This document shows positions 1 through 8,852 of a stretch of 45,687 nt of DNA, in pieces. The stretch's first letter is position 1. Every line of letters starts with the position of its first letter. The stretch comes from Candidatus Omnitrophota bacterium (GTDB taxonomy: Bacteria > Omnitrophota > Gorgyraeia > 2-01-FULL-45-10): assembly GCA_003142795.1 (NCBI GenBank), contig PLNN01000059.1:36535-82221 (forward strand). The letters run 5' to 3'. Under the pieces are notes generated by a model, which ran no database searches, had not been told where the DNA came from, and was given only the letters and a program-made list of their open reading frames with translations. The position numbers and the translations under genes are program-made.

Positions 1-813
1 CATGCTTTCCGGAGAAAAAGTAAAGAGATGGCGCGGGGGCTCGAGATGAAAACAGTTCCTGCCGAACATCTTATGCGCCATACTATCTATATTCGGCACA
101 TGCATCCCCAATTCCCCGCCGGGCCTGAGGACCCTATAGCATTCTCTGGTCAGCGAGATAGGGTCGGGCATATGTTCCATCACATGATGCAGCGTTATCA
201 TATCCGCGCTCGAGTCAGGCATCTTCAATTCTTCGAAGGTCCCATTAAAAACCGGGATATTTTTCTTTTTCAGGACGGCGACTGCCACGGGATCGGTCTC
301 CACGCCAAGCACCTTCCATCCCAGATATCGCATAAATTCCAGATATTCGCCGTATCCCGCCCCTATATCTATGACGAATGAGCGCTCTTTCGCCTTCGAG
401 TGAGGCAGGAGCCCTCCAAGCTGATAGGCCGAGGCCGGGCCCAATAATGGCGTCCGAGCAATAAGCGGCCCCACCTTGCATAGTATGTGATGCTTATGGA
501 CATGCCTGTATCCGAAATGGCCGCAGAGGACGCTTGCCCTTATTACACGTTTAATGGCCGCTAAAATTTTCGAGTCGGGCGCGATATCGGGCCCGAAGGC
601 CTCTTCTTCGGAGCGGCTGCCGGTATAACATTTTCCTATATCCGCCGCGATCGGGCGGGGATCGAGCCACGCCAGGCGGCATGACGGGCAGAACCTTAGA
701 TTAAAATTTCCATCAACTATGGAAAAACGGTCCCGGAGCCCTTCATACAACAGTTCTCCGATGGACCCGCAAATTATACAATTTGGAAATCGTTCAGTCC
801 GCACCGATATCAT
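1..813 (-). CDS. Class I SAM-dependent methyltransferase with N-terminal Zn-ribbon (polysaccharide-locus type); 3' end lies outside the window
   Basis: Absent from the ORF track because there is no stop in the window. Manual translation from ATG at 813 (ATGA overlap with the flippase stop) gives MISVRTERFPNCIICGS...FCPSCRLAWLDPRP..., SAM motif VIDIGAGYGEYL, then TLHHVMEHMPDP, VLRPGG, VPNIDS and LEPPRHLFTFSPESM. Confidence 0.85.
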   Translation of the reverse strand, partial: MISVRTERFPNCIICGSIGELLYEGLRDRFSIVDGNFNLRFCPSCRLAWLDPRPIAADIGKCYTGSRSEEEAFGPDIAPDSKILAAIKRVIRASVLCGHFGYRHVHKHHILCKVGPLIARTPLLGPASAYQLGGLLPHSKAKERSFVIDIGAGYGEYLEFMRYLGWKVLGVETDPVAVAVLKKKNIPVFNGTFEELKMPDSSADMITLHHVMEHMPDPISLTRECYRVLRPGGELGMHVPNIDSMAHKMFGRNCFHLEPPRHLFTFSPESM

Positions 814-2342
814 ATATTGATATTCCTTAAGAAATCTATGACCCTTGTCCTTGCCGTACCATCAAACCCCCATCTCCATACGAGAAAGGCGTAGAGGATG
901 AAAACTGACAGCATCCCCCCGATATTCAGCGGCGACAGGAAACGCAGGTTCAGGCTCCGCAGCCACCAGAAAGCGGCGCCGCACAAAATGAACGGAAGGG
1001 CTCCGCGATAAAAAATTTTCCGGTACCATGAAACGAGCGATGTCTTGAGCAAGTCGCAGGACGCCTTATGCAGAAGCGCGGCGTCCAGCAGAACGCGCAA
1101 AAACCATGCGCATGCCGCGCCGATGCCTCCCCACCAGTAAATAAGAAGATAGGCCGCAGGCACATATAAGACCGCCTCGATAAGGTGAAAGATGGCCGGA
1201 ATATTAGGCTTATCCATCCCCTGAAGCAGGATCGCGGACGGAGCCGCCGTCGCATTTATCAATCCTGCGATGATCAGGATGTTGAGGATGCCGGAAGAGT
1301 GTTGTGCGAAATCTTCTCCTGCCCAGGCCGCCAGGAACGGTCTGCCGAAGAAACAAAAGAAGAGCACAAAAAACAGGTACGCGAACAAAAGATAGAGCGT
1401 GCTCCTGTAATGGATGTCCTCGCCCGCCTTCTCTTCGTCCGAATTCTGAAAATAGCTGAAGGTAGGGAACAGAACCGTGGAAAAAGAGGACCGCACGAGC
1501 GACAGCCTGTCCATAATAAAATACGGGATCGAATAATAGGTGAGGCTCTGCACGCTGCGCAGGGACGCCAAAAATATCTTTTCGGTATTTCCCAATACGG
1601 GCCCGACGATGCCGGAGATCGTGACAAATCCGCCGAACCTGAATAACTTTACTAATATTTTCGCGTCCCAGCTTGGCACGGACAGGAACGGCATAAGCTT
1701 GTTCGCGTTCACCCAGTAAACGGCAATACCGAGCGCCTGGATCACAAGATTGGACACAACGATCTCTCTCAACGAAAAACCGAACTTGAGGAGGGCGACT
1801 ATCGCCAATACCTGGAGCGTGCACAGAAATATGTCTATGCGGTTTAACACATCGAACCTGCTTTTGGCCTGTATGGCCCCGCTTACCACGCCCGATATGA
1901 GTAAAAAGAGGAACCCCAGCGACCCCACCCTCAACGTAAAGACGGCGATATCTTGGAGCTCCTGCGATATTTTAAATATCCTTTTGACGAGAAACGGGGT
2001 CGAGATATTGATGATCGCTATGCCGATAAGACCTATGATGAGATATATGAATATGCATGACCAGAAAGCCGAGGCGACTTTATCGTCTTCGCCTTTCGCG
2101 ACATACTGGGACATATACTTTATCGAAGCCGTATCCAGCCCCAGCTTCAGTAAAGCAAGGTAACCTATTATCACGCTGGTCAGGGCGTAAACGCCGTATA
2201 TGCTGACGGTCAGCCGGTGCACTATGAACGGCGTAGCTAAGAATGTAATGACGAGGACCCATCCCTGGCCGACCAAAGTCCAGATGATGCCCCTGATGAT
2301 ATTCTCGGCCAGATCCCCTCTTCTCTGAAATTCTCCGCTCAT
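810..2342 (-). CDS. wzx: Wzx-type oligosaccharide flippase (MOP/MATE-like superfamily)
   Basis: 510 aa with many hydrophobic segments. N-terminal pattern TPFIVHRLTVSIYGVYAL...LGLDTASIKYMS, KLFRFGG and WGGIGAACAW are typical of Wzx. Lies in a polysaccharide locus. Confidence 0.85.
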   Translation of the reverse strand: MSGEFQRRGDLAENIIRGIIWTLVGQGWVLVITFLATPFIVHRLTVSIYGVYALTSVIIGYLALLKLGLDTASIKYMSQYVAKGEDDKVASAFWSCIFIYLIIGLIGIAIINISTPFLVKRIFKISQELQDIAVFTLRVGSLGFLFLLISGVVSGAIQAKSRFDVLNRIDIFLCTLQVLAIVALLKFGFSLREIVVSNLVIQALGIAVYWVNANKLMPFLSVPSWDAKILVKLFRFGGFVTISGIVGPVLGNTEKIFLASLRSVQSLTYYSIPYFIMDRLSLVRSSFSTVLFPTFSYFQNSDEEKAGEDIHYRSTLYLLFAYLFFVLFFCFFGRPFLAAWAGEDFAQHSSGILNILIIAGLINATAAPSAILLQGMDKPNIPAIFHLIEAVLYVPAAYLLIYWWGGIGAACAWFLRVLLDAALLHKASCDLLKTSLVSWYRKIFYRGALPFILCGAAFWWLRSLNLRFLSPLNIGGMLSVFILYAFLVWRWGFDGTARTRVIDFLRNINI

Positions 2343-2343
2343 A

Positions 2344-3891
2344 TTATTTATGCCTGATCTTGTCGGTCACGTCGATCAGCGTATATACGTGTTCTTCATC
2401 CTGATAAACATAGTTCCTGTCCGGCAGCAGAGGAAAGTGGCCGCCGAAATAAAGGTTAAAGATCTCCCGGAAGGAATTCACCGGCGTTATCGATTTATAT
2501 AAATGGTTATCCGCGATGCCAGGAAGATAATAGGCGTTCAGGACGCCCGATTTATGCCTTAACTCTTCGCCTGTGGCGGTCCTCCAGTCAAAACTGTAAT
2601 GTTCGATATCGAACCTGGGAGGGAACGGCCCTTCGTCGCCTTGTAAAATAATAATGGGAGGCCGCCGCGACCTTGAGAGTATCTTAGCCACCATCTCTTC
2701 GGCCATGGTATTCGTGTATATCAGCTGGTTTATATAATTCTCTATCTCGGTCCTCTTCCCCCGGATCTTTTCGTTCACAAAGCTGCCGTCCCTGTCAAAT
2801 ACATACGGGACGTGCGGGACATAGAGATGGGCAAAGACGAATATCGGGCCTTTGATCTCCGGCATATTCCCCAATTGGTCGAACTGGTAACGGATCCTCT
2901 TCCATTCCTCCTTGTCGGGGTCGTATATGCCCAGTTTTATGAAAATGGGAAAGACCACCGTGGACCTATACAACATCATTGAAAAATCGGACAGGGTTGC
3001 CAGGTTGACATTCATGTCCGCGTATTTATTCTTGCTCGTCGGCTCCCACATCGACCCGAAATGTATGAATTTATAACCCATAGATCTCAAAATATGCCAT
3101 ACCCTGTAATCCTGGAACATCGGGTACATAAGCCTGTAATGGACTGAGGACTCTCTCATGGCAGGCGTGAGAAAACCGTCTATATACTCCATGTTTAACG
3201 ACGAGGAGAGCGAGTGGACGGTGCAGGAATAATTGGCATAGGTATCCGATGCCACATAAAAGCCCCTGCCCGAAAGATAGTCGATGAATTGGCTGTTGTC
3301 AAAACCGTAAAAGTTTTTAAGAGAGATCTCGCTGGCATATTTGTCCATGATGATATAATAGATGTCCGGAGGAGCAACCGGTTTTTTCAATGCTGCCATC
3401 TCGGCAGATTGCGTGAAAACGGCGGATCTTTTGAAACCGGCATCATAGGCCGCGTGAAGCTCGTAGCCTGCGATGCTCGCTAAAGATATCAGCACTAACG
3501 ATGCCCCTATGACGTTAAGGATCCTGGTCAGATTATCCAGCCCCACACTGGTCCTTACGATCAGATATACGATGAGTGCAAATATCGCGGCCCATATCGG
3601 CAGAAGCAGGGAATGCCTGATAACGACGTAGACGGTCGTTTCGCAAGCCATATCGTAAATATAGCCGTACAAAAAGAATAGGGTTAAAAAGGCGGAAACG
3701 ATCACCGCCGCCTTTTTGTAGTTACGCAGGAACGAGCCGCACAAGAATAGCAGGATGGACACGAGGCACAGTATGGCCGCTATCCAGAGCAGGGCCTCTT
3801 TAAAATAGACCTGTCCTATATTGTACGCGTAGAGGGCAAGCACCGGATAGATCCCGAATAAGAATGGATGCAAAATATACAGCTTCTTCAT
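2344..3891 (-). CDS. Membrane-anchored alkaline-phosphatase-superfamily (sulfatase/LTA-synthase-like) transferase, NoeB-like
   Basis: About five N-terminal TM helices followed by PDIYYIIMDKY, NYSCTVHSLSSSLNM, FVFAHLYVPHVPY and IIILQGDEG metal-site motifs. Confidence 0.7.
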   Translation of the reverse strand: MKKLYILHPFLFGIYPVLALYAYNIGQVYFKEALLWIAAILCLVSILLFLCGSFLRNYKKAAVIVSAFLTLFFLYGYIYDMACETTVYVVIRHSLLLPIWAAIFALIVYLIVRTSVGLDNLTRILNVIGASLVLISLASIAGYELHAAYDAGFKRSAVFTQSAEMAALKKPVAPPDIYYIIMDKYASEISLKNFYGFDNSQFIDYLSGRGFYVASDTYANYSCTVHSLSSSLNMEYIDGFLTPAMRESSVHYRLMYPMFQDYRVWHILRSMGYKFIHFGSMWEPTSKNKYADMNVNLATLSDFSMMLYRSTVVFPIFIKLGIYDPDKEEWKRIRYQFDQLGNMPEIKGPIFVFAHLYVPHVPYVFDRDGSFVNEKIRGKRTEIENYINQLIYTNTMAEEMVAKILSRSRRPPIIILQGDEGPFPPRFDIEHYSFDWRTATGEELRHKSGVLNAYYLPGIADNHLYKSITPVNSFREIFNLYFGGHFPLLPDRNYVYQDEEHVYTLIDVTDKIRHK

Positions 3892-5282
3892 GTGGTCCTT
3901 TCATGCCTGCGCATAAAATAAAGCTGCCTTCCGGAATCTTTAATGCGAACGGAATTAGAAATTTTGAAATGTCTTCCGAATTCGGATTCAAAAAATTCCT
4001 GCGTATAATTTGGAAATACGTCTTCGCGGCATCGCAGAAGCCGTTCGACCTGCGGATCTGTTTTCGGCACAAATTCGATTATGAGAAAATCGCAGACCTT
4101 CCGGAAGAAATCCGCGATCATGCCGAAAGGCAGGTTATTGCCGATAGCAAGGTGGTGAATAAGGGCCAGCGCCATGGCCGTATGCGCCGGGCCGCGAGAG
4201 ACAAGCGACATCCGCTCCTCGTGAGCCCATCCTAAGGCCGGGCTCGGGTTGGCCATATCAAGAAGGATAGGAAGAATGCCGGAGTCTTTGTTCTTTACGC
4301 ATTCGAGATAATTTTTTTCGACACAGGCCGGATCGATATCGAAAGAGATGATCCTGGCGCCTGCGGATGCCGCTATGCGGCTGAACGTGCCATCGTTCGC
4401 CCCGAAGTCCCAGACGCTATCAGGCCTTGTGGACCCTAAAAATTCAGCGACGATCCGTTTTTTAAAATCTAAGGCTTCCGGCGTGTAGTTGGTCTTCGTA
4501 TAATAATCGGCCCATTCCGTGCCGGATGCGTTCCACTTGAGGCCTTTTACCGCAGATTCCAGGTTATCTATAAGGCCGAGAAGCCCGAGGCGGCTCATCT
4601 TATGGCGGCCTCTATCCACGCTTTTATCGGCAAATCGCTTTTGGCTTTTGGCGTGGAGGTAAATATTGAGGAATAACGGCATATTGAAACGCGCGCTGAG
4701 AGGCAGAAGCGCCGATGCCAGATCGAGGGGAATGCCGTCTATGTAAATTCTCATCAATTGGCCCAGCCGGATATCTCTCAAGCTCATCAACGCTAATGGA
4801 GTGAGAAAATGCTGGCAAAACTGCCTGTAGGCGATCCACGGTTCCGCCTCCCGGTACTTTTCGAACGACAACGTATCTACCAATATGGGGCTATAGCCTT
4901 TGAATTGTATATTATAAGCGCTGGCGTCTTTAAGGGAGATCCCGAACCCAATAGCCCTTTTTTGGATCTTCAGGGTGGCCAGCGCGGCGTCTTTTAATTG
5001 GCTGAAAGACCATTCATACGGGTAAGATATGAAAGGTATCTTTTCGGGCCTGATGATCTTGTATGCTGTCATCGGCCCGGCAGGAGCGACAGTCGCCTCC
5101 TCGTGCGAGACCATAAGCCCTGCATTAACGAGATCTTCATAAAGGCCGGACCCCATCATCAGATCATAGTTTTCTTTATATACGTTGTTGACCTGGCGAT
5201 AGAGGCGCCCATCCTTATAAAAAATAAATCCGGCCGGATCCCTGAAAGAGCCCGGGATATTCATATTCTCATCAGGTCTCAT
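3888..5282 (-). CDS. NoeA-like protein: N-terminal kinase-like domain fused to a class I SAM methyltransferase
   Basis: SFRDPAG N-terminus, ISYPYEWSF, LKDASAYN and LVDTLSF (kinase-like catalytic and metal-binding motifs). C-terminal VWDFGANDGTFS, SFDID and LALIHH methyltransferase motifs. Confidence 0.75.
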   Translation of the reverse strand: MRPDENMNIPGSFRDPAGFIFYKDGRLYRQVNNVYKENYDLMMGSGLYEDLVNAGLMVSHEEATVAPAGPMTAYKIIRPEKIPFISYPYEWSFSQLKDAALATLKIQKRAIGFGISLKDASAYNIQFKGYSPILVDTLSFEKYREAEPWIAYRQFCQHFLTPLALMSLRDIRLGQLMRIYIDGIPLDLASALLPLSARFNMPLFLNIYLHAKSQKRFADKSVDRGRHKMSRLGLLGLIDNLESAVKGLKWNASGTEWADYYTKTNYTPEALDFKKRIVAEFLGSTRPDSVWDFGANDGTFSRIAASAGARIISFDIDPACVEKNYLECVKNKDSGILPILLDMANPSPALGWAHEERMSLVSRGPAHTAMALALIHHLAIGNNLPFGMIADFFRKVCDFLIIEFVPKTDPQVERLLRCREDVFPNYTQEFFESEFGRHFKISNSVRIKDSGRQLYFMRRHERTT

Positions 5283-5285
5283 CGC

Positions 5286-5504
5286 TTATTTTTTCCGTTT
5301 AGAAAACATTTTTTTAAAAAATTCCTTTATATTGTTCCAGAAAAGCTTGATCGCGAACAACCCCCCGAGGAATGTCGCCACGACGAGCTGGATCATGTAA
5401 CTGCCGGCCCCCAAGCCGAGATAGGCGAGCGCCTTGGCCGGAAAGACCAGGCCCAACAGGCAGTAAAGTACAAATATACCGATCGTGAATTTAAGGATCT
5501 TCAT
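5286..5504 (-). CDS. Small membrane protein, variant of the 'AY[LI]DPG[TS]GS..Q' family
   Basis: 72 aa. Signal-like N-terminus ending AKALA, then YLGLGAGSYMIQ, a TM helix and a basic tail. GGAGG-like RBS upstream. Tightly coupled to both neighbours. Confidence 0.7.
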   Translation of the reverse strand: MKILKFTIGIFVLYCLLGLVFPAKALAYLGLGAGSYMIQLVVATFLGGLFAIKLFWNNIKEFFKKMFSKRKK

Positions 5505-6877
5505 AAAATTGCCTCCTCTTCTTTGCGCAGCAGCTGCGGCAGCGATAATACGATTGCCGCTATGAACCAGAACGGCTCCATGATCTTTATAATGATAAAT
5601 GTATTGGTACTGATAGCGTTAAAGCACAGGCCGACAAATCCCGCCATGAATCCCACCGTAAGCCCCATGGCGAAATCGCTGTCCCGCACGACGTCGAACG
5701 TCAATACCTTTTTTGCCGCCTTAAAAAGTCTCATCAATACCCATACCAATAATAATAATCCCAACAGCCCCGCTTCGCATAATGTCATGAATGGCTGACT
5801 GTCTATGAAAAATTTCGCGGTGCCGTAGCCGAAGATCGGGCTTCTCGGAAATTTTTCAAACAGAACGACCTTGAAACTGTCGAGGCGCGCGCGGGGGGAT
5901 TCCTCCCACACGAGGCGGGTGCCGGTGGGCTCGTTTTCATGCCTGACCGTCGTAAATATCCTCTCTCTTACCATCTGCGGCATGAAGAATACCGACATCA
6001 GGCTCGCGGCCACCACCAGATATATCAATATCAGTTTTTTGCTTTTAGTAAAATATATAAGCGCTATTATCATCGGCACGACGGCAACATAGGACCCCCT
6101 TGACAGCGTATACAGCATCGCCCTGAACATAAATAATTCCAGCAGTATAAGGAATATCGTCAATATCGGAGATCGGCTGTATAATAAAAGGCCGCCTGTA
6201 ACGGCGATCATGAAGATCAGGTACCCCCCCAGCGTTCCGGCTTCGCCGCCGCCCCTCGTCTCGACCGGCGGGGCAACCCTGAAATAGGTAGCGCCCGATT
6301 TTATTTCCTGAGCGATAAAGATATTGGAATGAGCCGCTACCATGATAGCGGTCAGTAGAAAGACCGCGATATATATCTTTGATAATTTCAGGCTCTTCAG
6401 GCTGTCTTTTACCATGATGAAAAGCAAAAAATATTCCAGATATTTCAATATGGCAAATAAGCTGTCCTGGAGGTTTATAGTGCTGAAGATCATGGCCAGG
6501 GCCGTAGATAAAAAACAGCTTCCTACATATGAAAAATAAGGCAGCGACAGATTGGTCTTGAACGTCTCAGGGATGTTCTTCGTGAGCGCCACCTTGATGA
6601 GCCACGCCAGGATGATAACTATTAAAATAATGTCTTCCGCCCTTACGCTTATCATCCTTGCCCCGGTCCGACCCATTATGGCCTCCGGAGAAAATAGCAT
6701 CGAGAAGATGATGATGATAAGTCCTATCTCCGGACTCAATAGAGTCGGGATGAAGATGAGAAAAAATATCAGCATCCCGAGCGTCTGGGCGGAGAAACTC
6801 GATTTTGCCATAAGCGCGCTTACAGTCAGGCCTATGGCAAAGATAAATAAATATAATATGATCTTCGAGTTATTCAT
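5501..6877 (-). CDS. O-antigen ligase / Wzy_C family membrane protein (polymerase or oligosaccharyltransferase)
   Basis: 458-aa polytopic protein with TLSRGSY, a periplasmic loop containing ARL...PIFGYG, and LCEAGLLGL. Confidence 0.75.
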   Translation of the reverse strand: MNNSKIILYLFIFAIGLTVSALMAKSSFSAQTLGMLIFFLIFIPTLLSPEIGLIIIIFSMLFSPEAIMGRTGARMISVRAEDIILIVIILAWLIKVALTKNIPETFKTNLSLPYFSYVGSCFLSTALAMIFSTINLQDSLFAILKYLEYFLLFIMVKDSLKSLKLSKIYIAVFLLTAIMVAAHSNIFIAQEIKSGATYFRVAPPVETRGGGEAGTLGGYLIFMIAVTGGLLLYSRSPILTIFLILLELFMFRAMLYTLSRGSYVAVVPMIIALIYFTKSKKLILIYLVVAASLMSVFFMPQMVRERIFTTVRHENEPTGTRLVWEESPRARLDSFKVVLFEKFPRSPIFGYGTAKFFIDSQPFMTLCEAGLLGLLLLVWVLMRLFKAAKKVLTFDVVRDSDFAMGLTVGFMAGFVGLCFNAISTNTFIIIKIMEPFWFIAAIVLSLPQLLRKEEEAIL

Positions 6878-6902
6878 CTGTTATTCGAAATACTCGCCGG
6901 CC

Positions 6903-8027
6903 TCACGGTTGCGCCGAATCTTTAATGGACGGGGAATCCTGCTTCGACAGGTCTATTATCGTTCTTTCCCTGACAGGGCTCCCGTCCGCTCCGCTCAGGA
7001 TCATTATGACAGGCCTTAGCGGAGAGCCCGGGTGGGCGCTGATGACCCTTGCCGTCTCTTCGGTATCCAGTTTCACGATGCTTCCTATCGGATAAACGGA
7101 CATCTTATTAATAAATATCTTCATCACATCCGCGTCAAAATAATTTTTCATCGGGCCCACTATGGCCCTGACGGCCTTATGAGTATTCACCTCTTCACGG
7201 TACGGCCTTATATGCGTTATCGCCTCGTACGTATCTACAAGCCCTATGATCTTGGCGTAAACGTTTATTTCATCGGCTTTAATGCCGCGCGGATATCCCG
7301 CGCCGTTCATCCTTTCGTGATGCGTGCGTATCGTCTCTTTCACGACATCGTTTACACCTTCGATCCTTTCGGCGATCCGCAGGCTTTTATCGATGTGGGA
7401 ATCGATAACGCTCCGGCCCTCCCTGGTTATCGCGCTCGGACTGCATATAATCTCTTTCAGGCTGTCTAAACCTGTGTCGTAAAATATGCACGCCAATCCA
7501 AGATGGCTCAAGCGCGATTTATTAAATCCCATATTGAGCCCGATAATGGATGACAATAGCAGACAGTTAACTATGTGGTAAGGCAGGTAATATTCTTCTT
7601 TCTTCTTTTCATATACGCTGATCAGGATATTGTCCCCCATGACAAGCTGGTTGAAGACGTCGTCCAAAAGTTCGGAAAGCTTGTGGTTGTAGAGGTTAAT
7701 GTCTTCGCCCATACTTATCTTCCCGAGCATCTCCCTGATCACGGCAACGGCATTATCGTAAAGGTTCTGCGCCTTTTCATGGCTATCCACCCCATGCTGC
7801 CTCACGGCCGAAATAAGCTTCTTGGACGTCAGGGAATGGTCTTCGGCGCTTGGCACTTCTTTCGGGGCCGATGTCAATATCTCTCTGGGAAAACTTAACG
7901 GCTGGCTCGCGGGCTTCTTTTCTCCGCCGCTGTTTTTCAAATCGCCGGCGGAAGATTTTTTTTCCTGCCCCTCCCGCTTATCATTATTTTTTACGGTACC
8001 TCTCAACACATCAAACATTCTCGGCAT
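6903..8027 (-). CDS. HD-GYP domain protein with a degenerate HD motif
   Basis: HHERMNGAGYPRG, IIGLVDTYEAIT and RPYR are present. The HD position reads YD (ACIFYDTG). C-terminal YPIGSIVKL...PLRP extension. Confidence 0.8.
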   Translation of the reverse strand: MPRMFDVLRGTVKNNDKREGQEKKSSAGDLKNSGGEKKPASQPLSFPREILTSAPKEVPSAEDHSLTSKKLISAVRQHGVDSHEKAQNLYDNAVAVIREMLGKISMGEDINLYNHKLSELLDDVFNQLVMGDNILISVYEKKKEEYYLPYHIVNCLLLSSIIGLNMGFNKSRLSHLGLACIFYDTGLDSLKEIICSPSAITREGRSVIDSHIDKSLRIAERIEGVNDVVKETIRTHHERMNGAGYPRGIKADEINVYAKIIGLVDTYEAITHIRPYREEVNTHKAVRAIVGPMKNYFDADVMKIFINKMSVYPIGSIVKLDTEETARVISAHPGSPLRPVIMILSGADGSPVRERTIIDLSKQDSPSIKDSAQP

Positions 8028-8841
8028 AAAATGACCTTTCCATGGATAAATCTGTCGCTACCCTCTCCACCAAGCCTTTGTCTATGATCTTCGCCTCTTG
8101 CCCGAATCCTATAAGGAGGCTCATGTCGCATATATTGTTTATGTTCCTCGGCAGCCCCTTAGAATACTCATAGATCGTCCTGATGGCCTCTTCCGTGAAT
8201 ATCTCCGTCTTCGCTCCGGCTACAGAGAGCCGGTGCCTTATATACTCCGCCGTCTCCGAATTATTGAGGCCGGTCAGGTGGTATTTAACTCCGAGCCTCT
8301 GCTGCAATTGAGGTATCGACCGGATCTTGGGCAGGAGCTCGGGCTGTCCTATCAATATCAGCGTTATGAGGAATTTGTCGTTCAGTTGAAAATTCAGGAA
8401 GAGCCTGATCTCCTCGAACGTCCCTCTCGATTTTATGATCTGCGCTTCGTCTATCAGTATCACCGTCTTCTTCCCTTCGGTGTGATTTTTGTAGATGATG
8501 TCGTGCATTATGTGCAGGAGCTGGGGCTTGGAACCCACGGCGTGTTCGTTCTTCAGCTGATAGATTATCTCCTGGATGAATTCAACCGGCGTAAGCTGGG
8601 GATGCGTTATGAGCGCCGCTTCGTATATCTTATCCTTTATCAATTCATCTATGACGATCCTGCTCAGGGCCGTCTTGCCGGAACCGTATTCTCCGGTAAG
8701 CATCGTCGCGCCTTTCTCTTCTTTTATGGCATAGAGAAGCCGCATCAGCGCCTCTTCGTGCTTCTTCGAATAGTACATGAAGCGCGGGTTGGGAGTGTTC
8801 TCAAAAGGTTTTTCCGCCAAGCCCCAGTATTTTTCGTACAT
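8011..8841 (-). CDS. ExeA/GspA-like AAA ATPase (type found in polysaccharide and PEP-CTERM-associated loci)
   Basis: MYEKYWGLAEKPFENTPNPRF N-terminus, Walker A GEYGSGKT, Walker B ILIDEAQ, LIGQPEL, LQQRL and GLPRNINNICD. Confidence 0.9.
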   Translation of the reverse strand: MYEKYWGLAEKPFENTPNPRFMYYSKKHEEALMRLLYAIKEEKGATMLTGEYGSGKTALSRIVIDELIKDKIYEAALITHPQLTPVEFIQEIIYQLKNEHAVGSKPQLLHIMHDIIYKNHTEGKKTVILIDEAQIIKSRGTFEEIRLFLNFQLNDKFLITLILIGQPELLPKIRSIPQLQQRLGVKYHLTGLNNSETAEYIRHRLSVAGAKTEIFTEEAIRTIYEYSKGLPRNINNICDMSLLIGFGQEAKIIDKGLVERVATDLSMERSFYAENV

Positions 8842-8852
8842 CTTACACCGCC

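Noticed and set aside
340-370. Suspected frameshift in the first methyltransferase at a G-run
   Set aside because: Recounting gives ATA GAT ATA GGG GCG GGA TAC (IDIGAGY), in frame with the ATG at 813.
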